Part shown: positions 1-11,767 of the stretch, piece after piece
How positions within the stretch are numbered: position 1 is the first letter of the stretch
How the letters are laid out: each line of letters opens with the position of its first letter
Source of the DNA: Octopus bimaculoides
Taxonomy: Eukaryota
Assembly (NCBI RefSeq): GCF_001194135.2
Contig: NC_068992.1
Coordinates: 6,930,694-6,994,693, forward strand
Direction of reading: 5' to 3'
Length of the DNA stretch: 64,000 bases
Position numbers and translations under genes: made by a program
Notes under the pieces: generated by a model
Database searches by the model: none
The model's input: only the letters and a program-made list of their open reading frames with translations
What the model was told of the DNA's origin: nothing

Positions 1-607
1 TTTAGAAATTAGGTAAATAACATTTTAACGTAAGGTTCGACCTTCTTACATCAGTATTGTTTCGCAGGAGAAATGGTTCGACTTCTTCGTCACACCTAAC
101 CTACATAGGTTTTCCTTTCTGTGCTTTTGGGTGTAGTCTATTTACGGCCGTAAATAAGAGAGAAATATGGTAGTGACAGAAGGAAGAACGAGAGGGGAAA
201 GAGAGAGATATAGTAGTAACAGAAGGAAGAACGAGAGGGGGGAAAATGATAGAGAAAGAGATAGAGTCGCGTCAGAAAATATAAAGTTGATAAAACTACT
301 TACAACAGGGATGATGCAGGCGTTCGATCATGTAAAACAAATAATAAATGAGTATATGCATATATACGTACAGGTATGTGCATACCTACGTCTACCTGTA
401 TATATAGGTGCATATCTGGGTACAGGACATTGCAAACATAACGTAGACAAGAAAATAATAATAACCAAAGTACAGAAAACACACAAGCCACATAGAGAAC
501 ATTTTCCTTCGAGGGAGTGTCCAAAATTAACTGAAAACATTCTCTGTGGGACAAACCCGTTGTAGTTTGGGCTTCTGCCACTAGAAGCCACTTGATGCAA
601 CCCTCAG

Positions 608-820
608 GCAGCAAAAGTTGTACCTTGCTTGCTTAGGGAAGATCAAAAGCAGTCACGACTGAATGCCAATTGCAACCTGAAAGAACAGTTGAAAGTTGAT
701 CTGGATGTTTTTTTGAAAGTCATCACTGGTGATGAAATCTGATGCTATGGAATTTGCAGATGTGGAAAAGGGGAACAGTGGAAAACGACTCTGGACCAAT
801 GCATTGCTTCATTTGAGTAC
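608..820 (+). mobile_element. mariner transposase relic, internally deleted
   Basis: In-frame translation gives AAKVVPCLLREDQKQSRLNANCNLKEQLKVDLDVFLKVITGDEI*CYG. This matches the mariner VP..L...QK..R and ITGDE-W first catalytic Asp motif, with W mutated to a stop. It continues into QWKTTLDQCIASFEY, resembling the mariner C-terminal W..RW..CI...GEY. No TIRs recognised. Confidence 0.8.
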
Positions 821-1146
821 TCTATCTCTTTTGTCCAGTCTCCAACCCTTCTGCTTTCTTGTTTTCATAAACTCCCCCCACCATATTTTCTTCCTCCAGT
901 TTCCTTTCCTCTTTCATTCCCATCTTCTTTGACATTTTCCCCTTCATCCTTCTTCTCCAACCACCTCTTTTATCTTCTTTTTCTCTTGCTCTTATCCCCT
1001 CTATTTCAAACTGCCATTTTGCACCGCTCCACTTCTTTTAACAATATGTTTAAATTTCACTTGTAATAATGACTAGCATCCACTCTAAAAAAGTGAGTTG
1101 AAACATCAGATACTGCGCTAAAGAAACATAAACATATATATATATA

Positions 1147-1548
1147 GGCGCAGGAGTGGCTGTGTGGTAAGTAGCTTGCTTACCAGCCACATGGTTCCGG
1201 GTTCAGTCCCACTGCATGGCACCTTGGGCAAGTGTCTTCTACTATAGCCTCGGGCCGACCAAAGCCTTGTGAGTGGATTTGGTAGACGGAAACTGAAAGA
1301 AGCCCGTCGTATATATGTATATATATGTATGTATGTGTGTTTGCATGTCTGTGTGTGTCTCCCCATCATTGCTTGACAACCAATGGTGGTGTGTTTACGT
1401 CCCCGTAACTTAGCGGTTCGGCAAAAGAGATCGATAGAATAAGTACTAGGCTTCCAAAGAATAAGTCCTGGGGTCGATCTGCTCGACTAAAGGCGGTGCT
1501 CCAGCATGGCCGCAGTCAAATGACTGAAACAAGTAAAAGAGTAAAGAG
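1147..1548 (+). mobile_element. Family A SINE (tRNA head + CORE-like domain + microsatellite + tail type 1), well-preserved copy
   Basis: A-box-like TGGCTGTGTGG at 1157-1167, B-box-like GGTTCAGTCC at 1200-1209, and CORE-like ACCTTGGGCAAGTGTCTT at 1221. Then an (AT)/(GT) tract and a tail ending CAGCATGGCCGCAGTCAAATGACTGAAACAAGTAAAAGAG. Many CpGs retained; many related copies in the window. Confidence 0.9.
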
Positions 1549-1604
1549 TATATATATATATATATATATATATAGGCACAGGTGTGACTGTGTGGTAAGA
1601 AGNN

Positions 1605-1767
1605 NNNNNNNNNNNNNNNNNNNNNNNNNNNNNNNNNNNNNNNNNNNNNNNNNNNNNNNNNNNNNNNNNNNNNNNNNNNNNNNNNNNNNNNNNNNNNNNN
1701 NNNNNNNNNNNNNNNNNNNNNNNNNNNNNNNNNNNNNNNNNNNNNNNNNNNNNNNNNNNNNNNNNNN
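1605..1767. other. assembly gap (N-run); further gaps at 2514-2523, 25548-25950, 37370-37915, 42062-42696, 47934-48095, 60874-60883
   Basis: Runs of n, nearly all bordered by (AT)n, (GA)n or (ATT)n microsatellites. Confidence 1.
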
Positions 1768-1799
<32 letters not shown>

Positions 1800-1801
<2 letters not shown>

Positions 1802-2212
1802 CACAGGTGTGACTGTGTGGTAAGAAGTTCACATTTTTACTGTATATTTCCAGGTTCAGTCACATTTCTTGGGTAATTATCTTCTACAATAGTGTCAGGC
1901 TAAGCAAGGCCTTGTGAGTGAGTTTGGCAAATGGAAACTGAAAGAAACTCTTCTTGTGTGTGTGTGTGTGTGTGTCTGTATGTGTGCATGTTAATGGTCT
2001 CCTTGCTTTGACATTGCATGATAGTTGTAAACAAGTATCATTGTCATAAAAACGTTGACTTTTATTACCAAATTTTCATGAAAATATTACCTTACTTGGA
2101 AACAGGTAAGGGTTGGTGACAGGTGGGGCATCCTGTTGTAGAAAAGCTGCCTCAACAAATTCCATTTGACACATGAAGGCATGGAAAAGTAGATGTTAAA
2201 ACATTGATGATC
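1800..2212 (+). mobile_element. Family A SINE head + tail type 2
   Basis: GGCACAGGTGTGACTGTGTGGTAAG head, (GT)n, then a tail with GGAAACAGGTAAGGGTTGGTGACAGG..GGGCATCC..GTAGAAAA..GCATGGAAAAGTAGATGTTAAA..GATGAT. Confidence 0.8.
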
Positions 2213-2481
2213 TTACACACACATACACACACACATTTGTTTATTTGCTTAATGTCTGTTTTGCCATGCTTACATATACTGGACGAATATTACTTGAGGC
2301 ATTCTTTTACAGCCTGATGTAAAGAGATGACTTCGAAGGTACAAAGTATCTGCACTATTGGTTGACAGGAGAAACTAGCAAGAACACAAACCATTACACT
2401 CTCATACAAGCAATTACATATCGAAAAAAAGAACACACACATACACTCAAAAGCATGCTCACTAACACATGTATGCACACT

Positions 2482-2513
<32 letters not shown>

Positions 2514-2578
2514 NNNNNNNNNNATATATACTTGCACATATGCATATAGAGATAGTGAGAGAGAACATATGTATAAAG

Positions 2579-2615
<37 letters not shown>

Positions 2616-2881
2616 TGCATTCATTTGTTAGTTTTGTTCCTGTTTTTCTATAGTTACCCATGTTGAATGAACATTCTATTTCTGGCATTTTTTTACAGCC
2701 AGATGCCCTTACTTGTTTTTCCAGTAAGGGACCATTTATTCCTCTTAATCAATACTGCTTCAAAAGCATGAATTCTTCGGGTGATTTATTAACAACAACA
2801 CCTGCTGCTTCACTGTCATAGAAACAATCACAAATGTAAAACACTCATGCATATGTATACACAAACACATACAGACATCGT

Positions 2882-3295
2882 TGTTGTTGTTTTAACATGC
2901 ACCTTTTTCACGCTCACATGGGTCAGCCAGAATTTATTTAGACACATTTTTCTATGGCTAGTTGCCCTTACTTGTTCCAGAGCAAAGTAGAATTTCCACA
3001 TGGCCGGGCACGTTTTTGCAAAATATTAGAAATGACTAATACTATTTCTTTGACAGTGACACTCGTTCACAACTAACTATCAAGTGATGTCAAAACAAGC
3101 AGACAAATATGCACACACACACAGTGGTCCTCTTTTACTGTATGTCTACCAAACTACCAAATCAATTCATATGGACTTGGTCAGCACAGGGCTATAGTAG
3201 ATGACATTACCCCAAGGTTCCATGTAATGGGACTGAACCTAAAACCTGATGGTTAGGAAGCAAACTGCTCAACTACAAAGCCCACGCTTACACCT
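2882..3295 (-). mobile_element. Family A SINE head + tail type 2, decayed
   Basis: Reverse-strand head (GGGACTGAACC, GCTATAGTAG..GAC..TACCCCAAGG) with reverse tail-2 sequence on its left. Confidence 0.65.
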
Positions 3296-3931
3296 CTGTA
3301 TATTTCTCTTAGATATAAAACTACATGTTTTAAAAATAACTCAAAATATAGATTTTACTGTAATTTATGAGCATTTTATTTTCAAATATCAGTTTGAAGA
3401 GAAGTCGTTCCTTAAAACACCCTTTTATAAAATAAACTTGTTAAAAAAATTAATCAGATACCAATAGTAGTTGTAAATATTTCTCTATCGCTTTATTTAC
3501 AGGTCGACTATGCTTTAGTGGACAAAATAGAATTTTCCCTTTTTTTAACTTTTATTCATAAAATAGTTTATCTGAAGTTTGAGAAACTTTTGCTATATCA
3601 CAAAACATATTTCTTTATTCCATTTATTTTGGTGGGGGTATTAAAAATGAAAAATATATATATAACGATTATTGTTATACTTTTAATGTTTATGAACAGA
3701 GAATATAAAATAATTTATAGATTATGAACAAGGAAAATAAAATGATTCATAGATTATGTTCAAAGGAGAAAAAATAATAATATTAATAATTCTTAAACAA
3801 TACCTAGAAAAAAACAGAAATTGTTTTTAAGAAGTAGGAATGACAAATATTATTGATTTTAAAATTTGAAAAGTCATTTTTGAAACTATATTATTGCTTC
3901 AATAAAACTATTCTAACATACAGTGCACTGA

Positions 3932-3975
<44 letters not shown>

Positions 3976-4509
3976 TGCATTTTTGTTTCATTAAGGCCGG
4001 CCTTTTTTTTTTTCCTACTTACTAGGAGGTTTTTTCAGTTATCTTATAACACTGAACACTTCACAAAAGAGAGTGATTGAAAAGAAGGGAGAGAATGGAA
4101 GGGGAAGCTTATAAGTTGAATATCAAGACGTCTGACATATTGCTAAAGTTTCCAAGGAAATATTATAAGTGATGATGTTGGGAACAATGATATAATTAAG
4201 ATACAATATGAATTCTAAAAGTTAAAATTGAGATATTTTTCAAAGATAGTTTATTGTGTAAGAAGAAAAAAGAAAAAAAAAACATCAATAAAATTTGAGA
4301 AGACTGATTCACTTTAGTCAATGTACTAATCAACTTATCTGTATTAATAACAAGAATTCATTTACAAAGTAAATGACAAGTTAGTTTTCACTTAAAATCA
4401 TTGCAGAACAAAATACATTACTGAAGAATTTCTGTCTACTTATGTTGCCCTTTTGAAACCCACCTACTTCAAGAGCTACCGCTGATTCTTCTGCTAACTC
4501 TCATTTTAA

Positions 4510-4680
4510 GGTATTGGTGTGGTTGCATAGTTTGCTTCCCAACTTCACAGTTTCAGGCTCATTCCCACGGTGCAGCTACTTGAGTAAACAAGTAGCTTTT
4601 ACTATGAACCCTTGGCCAACCAGCACCTTGTGCGTGAATTTGGTTGACAGAAACTGTGTGGAAGCCTGTTCTCTGTGTGT
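4510..4680 (+). mobile_element. Family A SINE head
   Basis: GGTGTGGTTGCATAG...CAGGCTCATTCCCAC...GAATTTGGTTGACAGAAACTGTGTGGAAGCC followed by (GT)n. Confidence 0.75.
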
Positions 4681-5089
4681 GCTTGCATGTGTGTGTATGT
4701 ATATATATATAAAATTAATAAAACCAGTACAATAAACTTGCCAGTGCACACCAACACCAGCCTCAATGGAGTCTGTTTAATTATATGCATATATATACAC
4801 ACACACACGTGTGAACATACCCACACATATGTATCACAGAGAACAGTAACAGCACAGTATTCCAGCTGCCAGACATAGCTACATGTAATGTTCCACTGTT
4901 TTATAACTAGCACACAAAGAAAACAATAAAATAGTGAATTTTACTATCAAAATACAGATGACATCAATAATTTTGATTTTCCACCTTAAGAGATGAAATT
5001 CTTGACAGTCATAAAAATTTGAACATTCCATTTCAAAAGACAAACATTAAAACAAAATGCCAGTGCATTAATAAATCACTAATGTGTTG

Positions 5090-5272
5090 AGTGAGCTTCT
5101 GTGTGGTCACTCGACAAGCTAGAAATAGCAGCCAATCTTTTAAAGTATGTCCCACTGTTTTTAGAACATGAAGAACTCATTAGACAGTTCAGTCATAGAT
5201 GTATAAAAAGATACAATGATCAAGGCTGCTGTTTCTTTGATCATAGGTCCTGCTGGTTCAAAGCTAAACAAC
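5090..5272. mobile_element. Family D unclassified ~200-bp interspersed repeat
   Basis: GTGGTCACTCGAC..GCTAGAAATAGCAGCCAA ... TTTGATCATAGGTC ... GCTAAACAACA; the same motifs recur at 10 or more loci. Confidence 0.65.
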
Positions 5273-6160
5273 AGCCACAGTGTTGAATAGAACCAGTCGG
5301 TTGTGCTATAAAACATGAACAAACAGGAAATAATACCAACTCAAAATCAAGCAAAGAAACAGAATAAATTACTGTACACAATTTTCAAGACCTCGTGTAA
5401 TAAAGAAATATTTAATTTCTAACACACTCCAGCACATCAAACCATAAAATATTAAATTATTCTATAACTTAGCAGTCATAGAAATCCATTTATATACTGA
5501 AGAAATATATTTCTTCAATACTATAGGTAGCACTAAACAATACAACCTTGCTTTATATCAATTATGAACCCACTGTGGTTTGCAGATTTTCTGAACGGCA
5601 CACCTAACAAAAAGAAAAAAAATTACCTTAAATTTTTTTAATAATGCAACCTTCTTGATGATGAACCATGTTTCATGCAGCCTGCTTCTCAAGAAAAGTT
5701 GACCATGCCTGCTTTATACCATGTGCCAAAAGAGCCTCTAAGCTGTTTATTCAACCTACTAGAAAAAGCAACTCTTGTATAAAGCAAAACTAAATTAATG
5801 AAAAGATCTATTAGATCAGAGATTTATTTGATCAGAGCTCATCCAGTAGTAAACAGCACAAAGATGACAACAACAAAAAATTTTCTTTTATGTTTTTACT
5901 TGTATTATTATAACACAATATTTTGCATCTCGCATGACACCCAACATTAATATCCTCCTCAATGTACAAAATAAATAAACAAATAGTTTAGTTCTGTGTT
6001 CACCATTGATATTGATATTCAGAATGAAGCGGGTATGGCAGGACAACATTCTGATTATCAATCAGGCTTTTAAATTACACAATGTCATCTGTATGAGTCT
6101 AAGAAATGCTTAGATAAGTACAGTTGTCAAAAAATAAACTAAACATTTTACATAGGCATT

Positions 6161-6292
6161 TGACTTGCAAGTAACAGCAGCGAAATCTCCCTCAACACCC
6201 TACTATCTGAAAAAAAAAATCAAAGGACCCATTGCATAGACAATGTGGATCTGGATACAGAAAAGGATGAGAGGGTCATGGCTAGAATAGCT
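6161..6292. mobile_element. Family D repeat, partial
   Basis: TGACTTGC.AG.AACAGCAGCGAAATCTCCCTCAA..CCCTAC...GGTCATGGCTAGAAT. Confidence 0.55.
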
Positions 6293-6304
6293 TTTCTTTT
6301 TTAT

Positions 6305-6472
6305 AATTTTAGGAGTTTAGTCAGTGGAGGAAGTAGAGTGTCTATGTCTTGTGAGACTGGTGGGAGGAAATTATCTTCAGGCTGGAGGTCTGACTTGATT
6401 ACTTGCCACAGGGTGTGGTCTGATAAAGACACCCAAGGGCTTAGCTGTGATATTAGTTGGACAATGGATTAT
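6305..6472 (-). mobile_element. possible LINE AP-endonuclease C-terminal relic
   Basis: Minus frame IVQLISQLSPWVSLSDHTLWQVIKSD contains an SDH motif like the APE domain end. Supported by this one motif only. Confidence 0.25.
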
Positions 6473-7814
6473 GTTTGACACTCAAGATCAGGAACAGTTC
6501 CACTGATGTGTCTTTGACCAACAAAAAAAAAAAGAAAGAAAAACAGAAGTGGAAGACACTAGCTTTAGGTACAATGCTGTGGTGTTTACTCAATCTGGAC
6601 AGAACTCAAATTAAGCAACAACTGAACGTTTTGTATAATACTTATTATACATCACTAAACTGACAGAAATATTTGAGTTTCCAACTGAATATGCTTGATT
6701 TGTCCTCCTCTCCATTCTCATTTCAAAATATGCTAACATTCACTTAGAATTCAGTAATAAAATTAAAAAGAAGATATTGTAGACTTGAGGTATAATCAAT
6801 ATATTGATAATTAATTTTGGTTGATGCAAAAGCTTATAGTATATTTGTATACACACATCCACACACATGCACACGTGCATGTGTGTGAATGTATATATAT
6901 ATATATATATATATATATTTACAGAATATCTGTGTGAATATGTGTTATATGTGCTTATGTGGCTTACCAGAGTAAACAGTGCATTGAGCTGTGTATTTCT
7001 TTACATCAAATGGTAACTTAGCTAAGTAGAATCAAAGAGAAATAAGCATTAGTGCTAGTATGACCAGCTAAAACACTTTGAGCATGGCTATGGTCCACTA
7101 ACCAAAACCTGTAAAAAGTTAAAAACCAAAGTAGCAGGATTTCACCAGGTTTTTAAATCATACTCTTCAAATGACCTTGTACCAAAGTAAGGAGTCAATA
7201 TTCAATGGCATATCAGCATATAACATTGACTTGTGAAGTGTGTTACTCAATAACAAAAAGTTATACTATTCTATACTTTATAATCATGTTACTCAGAGAA
7301 AACCAAGTTCATTCAAATTAATAATTGACAGACAAATCTCAAATTATACTTGTTGTTTTTATCCTTTTAGAAACTACAGAATGCTAAATCTTATCATGTT
7401 CATTAATTATTGGCAATGCCATTACTTCAGAAATTGAGATTTGTTTGGTGCCATGAAGATGATGTTTTTAAAAAAGATAACTCAGAATATTAAGAAAAAG
7501 GCAAATTCTTACAGTCTTCACATCTTGTAACATATTACAAATGAAAGGAACTTATTGTATTAGGAAACAATTTTTGCTATCAAATTTATCTTAATTATTT
7601 GTCTTCTAGATCTTTTAGATGCAACAAATGTATTAGATTGAAGCAATTGAAGACAGAGTAGATGACAAGACTGATCACACAATTAACCACATCATCTTGA
7701 TCCCCACCCCCACCCCCTGCATATAGTTTTTATATGCCATGTTATATATTACACATTTCTGCATGAAGAGTAAGGGCAGTGGGCTGGTAGAATTACAAGA
7801 CTATCAGACTCAGT

Positions 7815-8265
7815 CATCATCATCGTTTAATGTACACACTTCCATGGGTCAGACTGAATTTCTTGAGTCAGATTTTCTTTCGTTGGATGCTTTTCCTGTC
7901 ACCAACTGTCACCTGTTTCCAAGCAAGGTAATATTTCCTCACGACCTGACATGCTTCTTACAAAAAACTGGAAACAAACAACATCAGTTGTGTGGCAGTA
8001 ATGTGCATTTACGGCCATGACTTCAGCACAAGAGTATACACAAACACTCACAAATGCACACACACACACACACATATATACATACACACATACATATATA
8101 CAATGGGTTTTTTTCAGTTTCTCTATATCAAATCCAATCACAAGGCTTTGTTTAACCCAGGACTATCGTAGAAAACACTTGCCTAAGCTACAGTACTGTG
8201 GCACTAAACCTAAGACTACATGGGTGGAAAGCAAGCTTCTTACCCACTCGGCCATACCTGCACCC
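7815..8265 (-). mobile_element. Family A SINE head + tail type 2
   Basis: CATCATCATCGTTTAATGT..CACTTCCATG (reverse tail end), CA/TA tract, then reverse head ending GCCATACCTGCACCC. Confidence 0.8.
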
Positions 8266-8449
8266 ACGAAATATGTCATGGTATTTGGTTTTGATTCTTT
8301 AAATTCTCAATTCAAATCTCACTAATGTCCACATTGCTTTCATTCAACTGGGCTGATAAAAATAAAGTACTACAACATCAATAACAGAATCATTAATAAC
8401 TACCTAATAACGTTCCATTAGTAGGAATTGTGAACAGGAGAACAATATT

Positions 8450-9270
8450 TACATCTACTTTTTTCTTTTCAGTCAGTTTGGTGCCCAGTCATCAGTGAAT
8501 GTCTTATTCTAAGATATTGTTCATAGTTCCAGTTTGATTTTAAACTAGGAATCTTTCTTTTTAAACTAAGTGTAATAACATTCTTAACTACTAAGTCTGT
8601 TTTCCAAAAATGACTTCCAAAGAACTTCAGGGTTCTATGAAAAATATTTATAGACTCCAAGCAAAAGGACTTCTTTTAGTACAATTTGATAAAAGTTGTT
8701 TTTCTCTTTTTAAATGATATTAACCATTTTCAAATATAACAATTTATGTTTTTTTTTTATATATTTATATTTTTAAAGTTTCTCTCTAAACAACTTTTGT
8801 TTCATTTGATGACTCTTTAAAAATAGGATTGTGGAGTATGTCCTTAAAATATTAGTATGGATTCTGCAATTTTGAGAAACAATATCAGGGTCTCATAACA
8901 CTTGGTGATTGGCATATTTTCTTATTATTTTGTGTTTTTAATTAACATTATTTTTCACTTAATACCATTCTGGCATGCTAAGAGGATTTTAATATTTTCC
9001 AGATCTCTTCACAGTCTTTACGGCTGATAGGCAAAGCTTGTTAATGCCAACTTCTTTCGTATTATACCTTTATGCCTTTTTACTAAATTAAAATGGCACT
9101 CCAGTATTTAAGGTTCTTCCACTTGTCAGTCAGTTCTATTCTTAAATTGATTGGTTGCTTTCTACTTAACATCCTCTCTTAGTAATTGATTCCAGTGTTT
9201 GTACAGATCCTTTTTCAGGAGATTTGCTGTCTAACTAACAGATTCCATAACTTCCTAAACAATTAGTATG
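8450..9270 (-). mobile_element. possible highly decayed non-LTR (Tx1/L1-like) C-terminal relic
   Basis: Stop-riddled minus frames (EEP*ILECH; KEVLLLGVYKYFS*NPEVLWKSFLENRLSS*E) loosely recall the Tx1/L1 ORF2 C-terminus. Weak. Confidence 0.2.
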
Positions 9271-9625
9271 ACCTCCTGCTGATGGCTAAAATCTGAAATA
9301 TTGTTTGTTTTGTGGTTTATATTTCCTATTATTATTTTCCCAATTCATTTGTCTTTTATATTCACTCCAGACCAAAGAATTAAAATTTTTGTTACCATAT
9401 TTCTATTGAAAAAACACTGTCCTTGATTCTGTTAATTTTGAAAATAATGATAAATTTTTAAAAATAACTCAGTCATTAACTTTGTCATTAATAACTTTAT
9501 CATGAATTATTAACAATAACCAAGTTTTTAGTTTAGCCTAATTATTTCTCATACGCAGACATAAATAAACATGAAATTCTGATGAGATCACTTTCAAACA
9601 GAGAGTTTGTATCATAGAACATGTT

Positions 9626-9741
9626 CAGGTGTGGTCCCAAGAATTTTTTGAAAGGAAGGCACAAGGTCATAAGGAAATACAATTCCAGGAGAAAAGGGTA
9701 TAATAGCATTATTTAGAAGGGTGCACTTGGGTCCGCCTCTG
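9626..9741. mobile_element. putative decayed MITE
   Basis: Left end CAGGTGTGGTCCCAAG matches the reverse complement of the right end (CAGAGGCGGACCCAAG) at 12/16 positions. No TSD seen. Confidence 0.35.
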
Positions 9742-10534
9742 TTGTTGATATCAGAAGAGTTAAATATGTTAGTGGTTTAATTTTTGGTATTTTTGGTCAA
9801 AGTATCATGAAACTTTAAGGCAAAGTGTTGCAGTACATTTCTCTCTTGTTCTCATATTCCAATAAGCATACTTCGGTAAGTCTTATGACACATAAATCTA
9901 ACACCTTTCAATATCTCCACAGAAACTTGTTTCCATACAATTATAATGTTTTGAAATAGAATATATTTTCAGTGATGAAATATTTCTTAATATTTATATC
10001 TATACTTCATAGCCTTTGTTTTGATCTCCATTTATCATAGGTGATTGGCAGTTGAACTAGTCAAAATGCATCATAGATGTCATTGGATTAACAATAGCCA
10101 TGTCACCAATGTAACACAATTATTTCTCATAGGCACCCAGTCTTTGAATTTTTGGGGGTCAAATTTCACTTGGCAGATGTTAGCTGTAAATTTTCTTAAA
10201 TTATTCTTATTGCATTATATATTCTTATAAAATAATTTACAATCTAAGTGGATTTTGTTAAGTCAATGGTCAAAAAAGTGCTTTAGTATTGTCAAAGACA
10301 TGCAAGTGATTGGTATTAGGAAAGATATCCAGTTCTTTAAAGCAAACCAAAAAACTAATACAAGGGAGAGATGCATTCCTCGAAGCCATCTAAGAAAGCA
10401 GATATGGTTGGTCCATGCTAGATTGGAAAGCAGATGTTAAACAATGGTAGAGGGGGTGATAACAATAGCAGCAAACCTTTTATAATGAATATAATGTTTA
10501 ATTTCATTATGCAAAATAAACAAATTGGTAAACT

Positions 10535-10882
10535 TAACCACTAGGGTTCAATTCCATTGCATGGCACTTTGGGCATATGTCTTCTACTATAGCTCCAGAC
10601 CAACTCTGTGAATGAATTTGGTAGACAGAAACTGTGTGGAAGCCCATTCTGTGTGTGTGTGTTTGTGTGCACGTGTGCATGTGCGCATGTTTGGCTCCAT
10701 CACCATTCAATAACTGATGCTGGTTTGTTTACATCACTATAACACAGCAATTTGGTAAAAGTGACCAATAGAAAAAGTACCAGACTTAAAAGAATAAAAA
10801 TAAATACTGAGGTAATGCGTTGCAGGCTGTACCCTGGCACAGTCGTAGTTGAATGACTGAAGCAAGCAAAGAGATAAAAGAT
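10535..10882 (+). mobile_element. Family A SINE head + tail type 1
   Basis: GGGTTCAATTCC B-box, GGCACTTTGGGCATATGTCTTCTACTATAGC, (GT)n, then tail-1 motifs. Confidence 0.75.
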
Positions 10883-11428
10883 GATCAAATTTCTCATCAA
10901 ATTCTATACCAACTAAATTTTTAAGGATTGAGACTGAATGAAATAGGATTTTACTGTACTTATTTACTTCAAATGTTAATGAGTCTCTCATTCAATAATC
11001 AAAACATTTTATTCAATGTTCAATATACTTCATTACTTCTATTACTCTTTCTCCTAACGAACATCATTTACTTCTTACTTATCTAACCACTAAATTAATG
11101 TTATTTCACATACACAGATTTTAATGTATTCCTTTTCCTAAAGAACATATTTCAGTTGTTGTTATTGTTGTTTAGCCCTAGTCAGCCTTCACTAGGACTC
11201 TTATCAAATGTATTCAGTCCAGTGAGTCCATTTCTGAAGTGGATCTATCTTCTAACTGAATACAAATAAATATCTAGTACAGACAGATAACAGAGTAACA
11301 CCATTAGTAGGATAGTTAGAGGGGCTGCTATGCTAAGAGAAGTTAAGCTAAGTTAGGAGGAATGAAGGGCAGGTGGGAGGAAGTGATAATTGAGAAATTA
11401 GCAATTAGTGATGGGAAACAAATATATA

Positions 11429-11705
11429 GGTGCAGGCGTGGCTGTGGTGGTAAGAAGCTTGCTTCCCAACCACATGGCTGCAGGTTCAGTCCCACTGTGT
11501 GGCATCTTGAGCAAGTGTCTTCTACTATTGCCTTGGGCCAACCAGAGTCCATCAGAGTGGTTGGCGTTAGGAAGGGCATCCAGCTGTAGAAACTCTGCCA
11601 AATTAGATTGGAGCCTGGTGTTGCCATCCGGTTTCACCAGTCCTCAGTCAAATCGTCCAACCCATGCCAGCATGGAAAGTGGACGTTAATCGATGATGAT
11701 GATGA

Positions 11706-11767
<62 letters not shown>

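Noticed and set aside
1147-1225. A/B boxes suggesting tRNA genes (here and in about 30 similar heads)
   Set aside because: No cloverleaf, and each continues into SINE body sequence; these are tRNA-derived SINE heads.
1577-1827. Identical 28-bp SINE start plus (AT)n on both sides of the gap; likewise (AT)n-(CA)n-TAGCAG-(GA)n at 42002-42061 and 42697-42783
   Set aside because: Most simply explained by unmerged overlapping contig ends at scaffold gaps, not biological duplication.
1446-1876. Long ORFs in the track here and at 25448-26059, 37167-37970, 41931-42796 and 47760-48110
   Set aside because: They are open only because they cross N-gaps and dinucleotide repeats (YIYI, HTHT, SLSL).
3478-3520. 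Acceptor-like TTTCTCTATCGCTTTATTTACAG|GTCGAC
   Set aside because: No nearby donor, and AGGTCGACT.TGC matches the Family C central domain.
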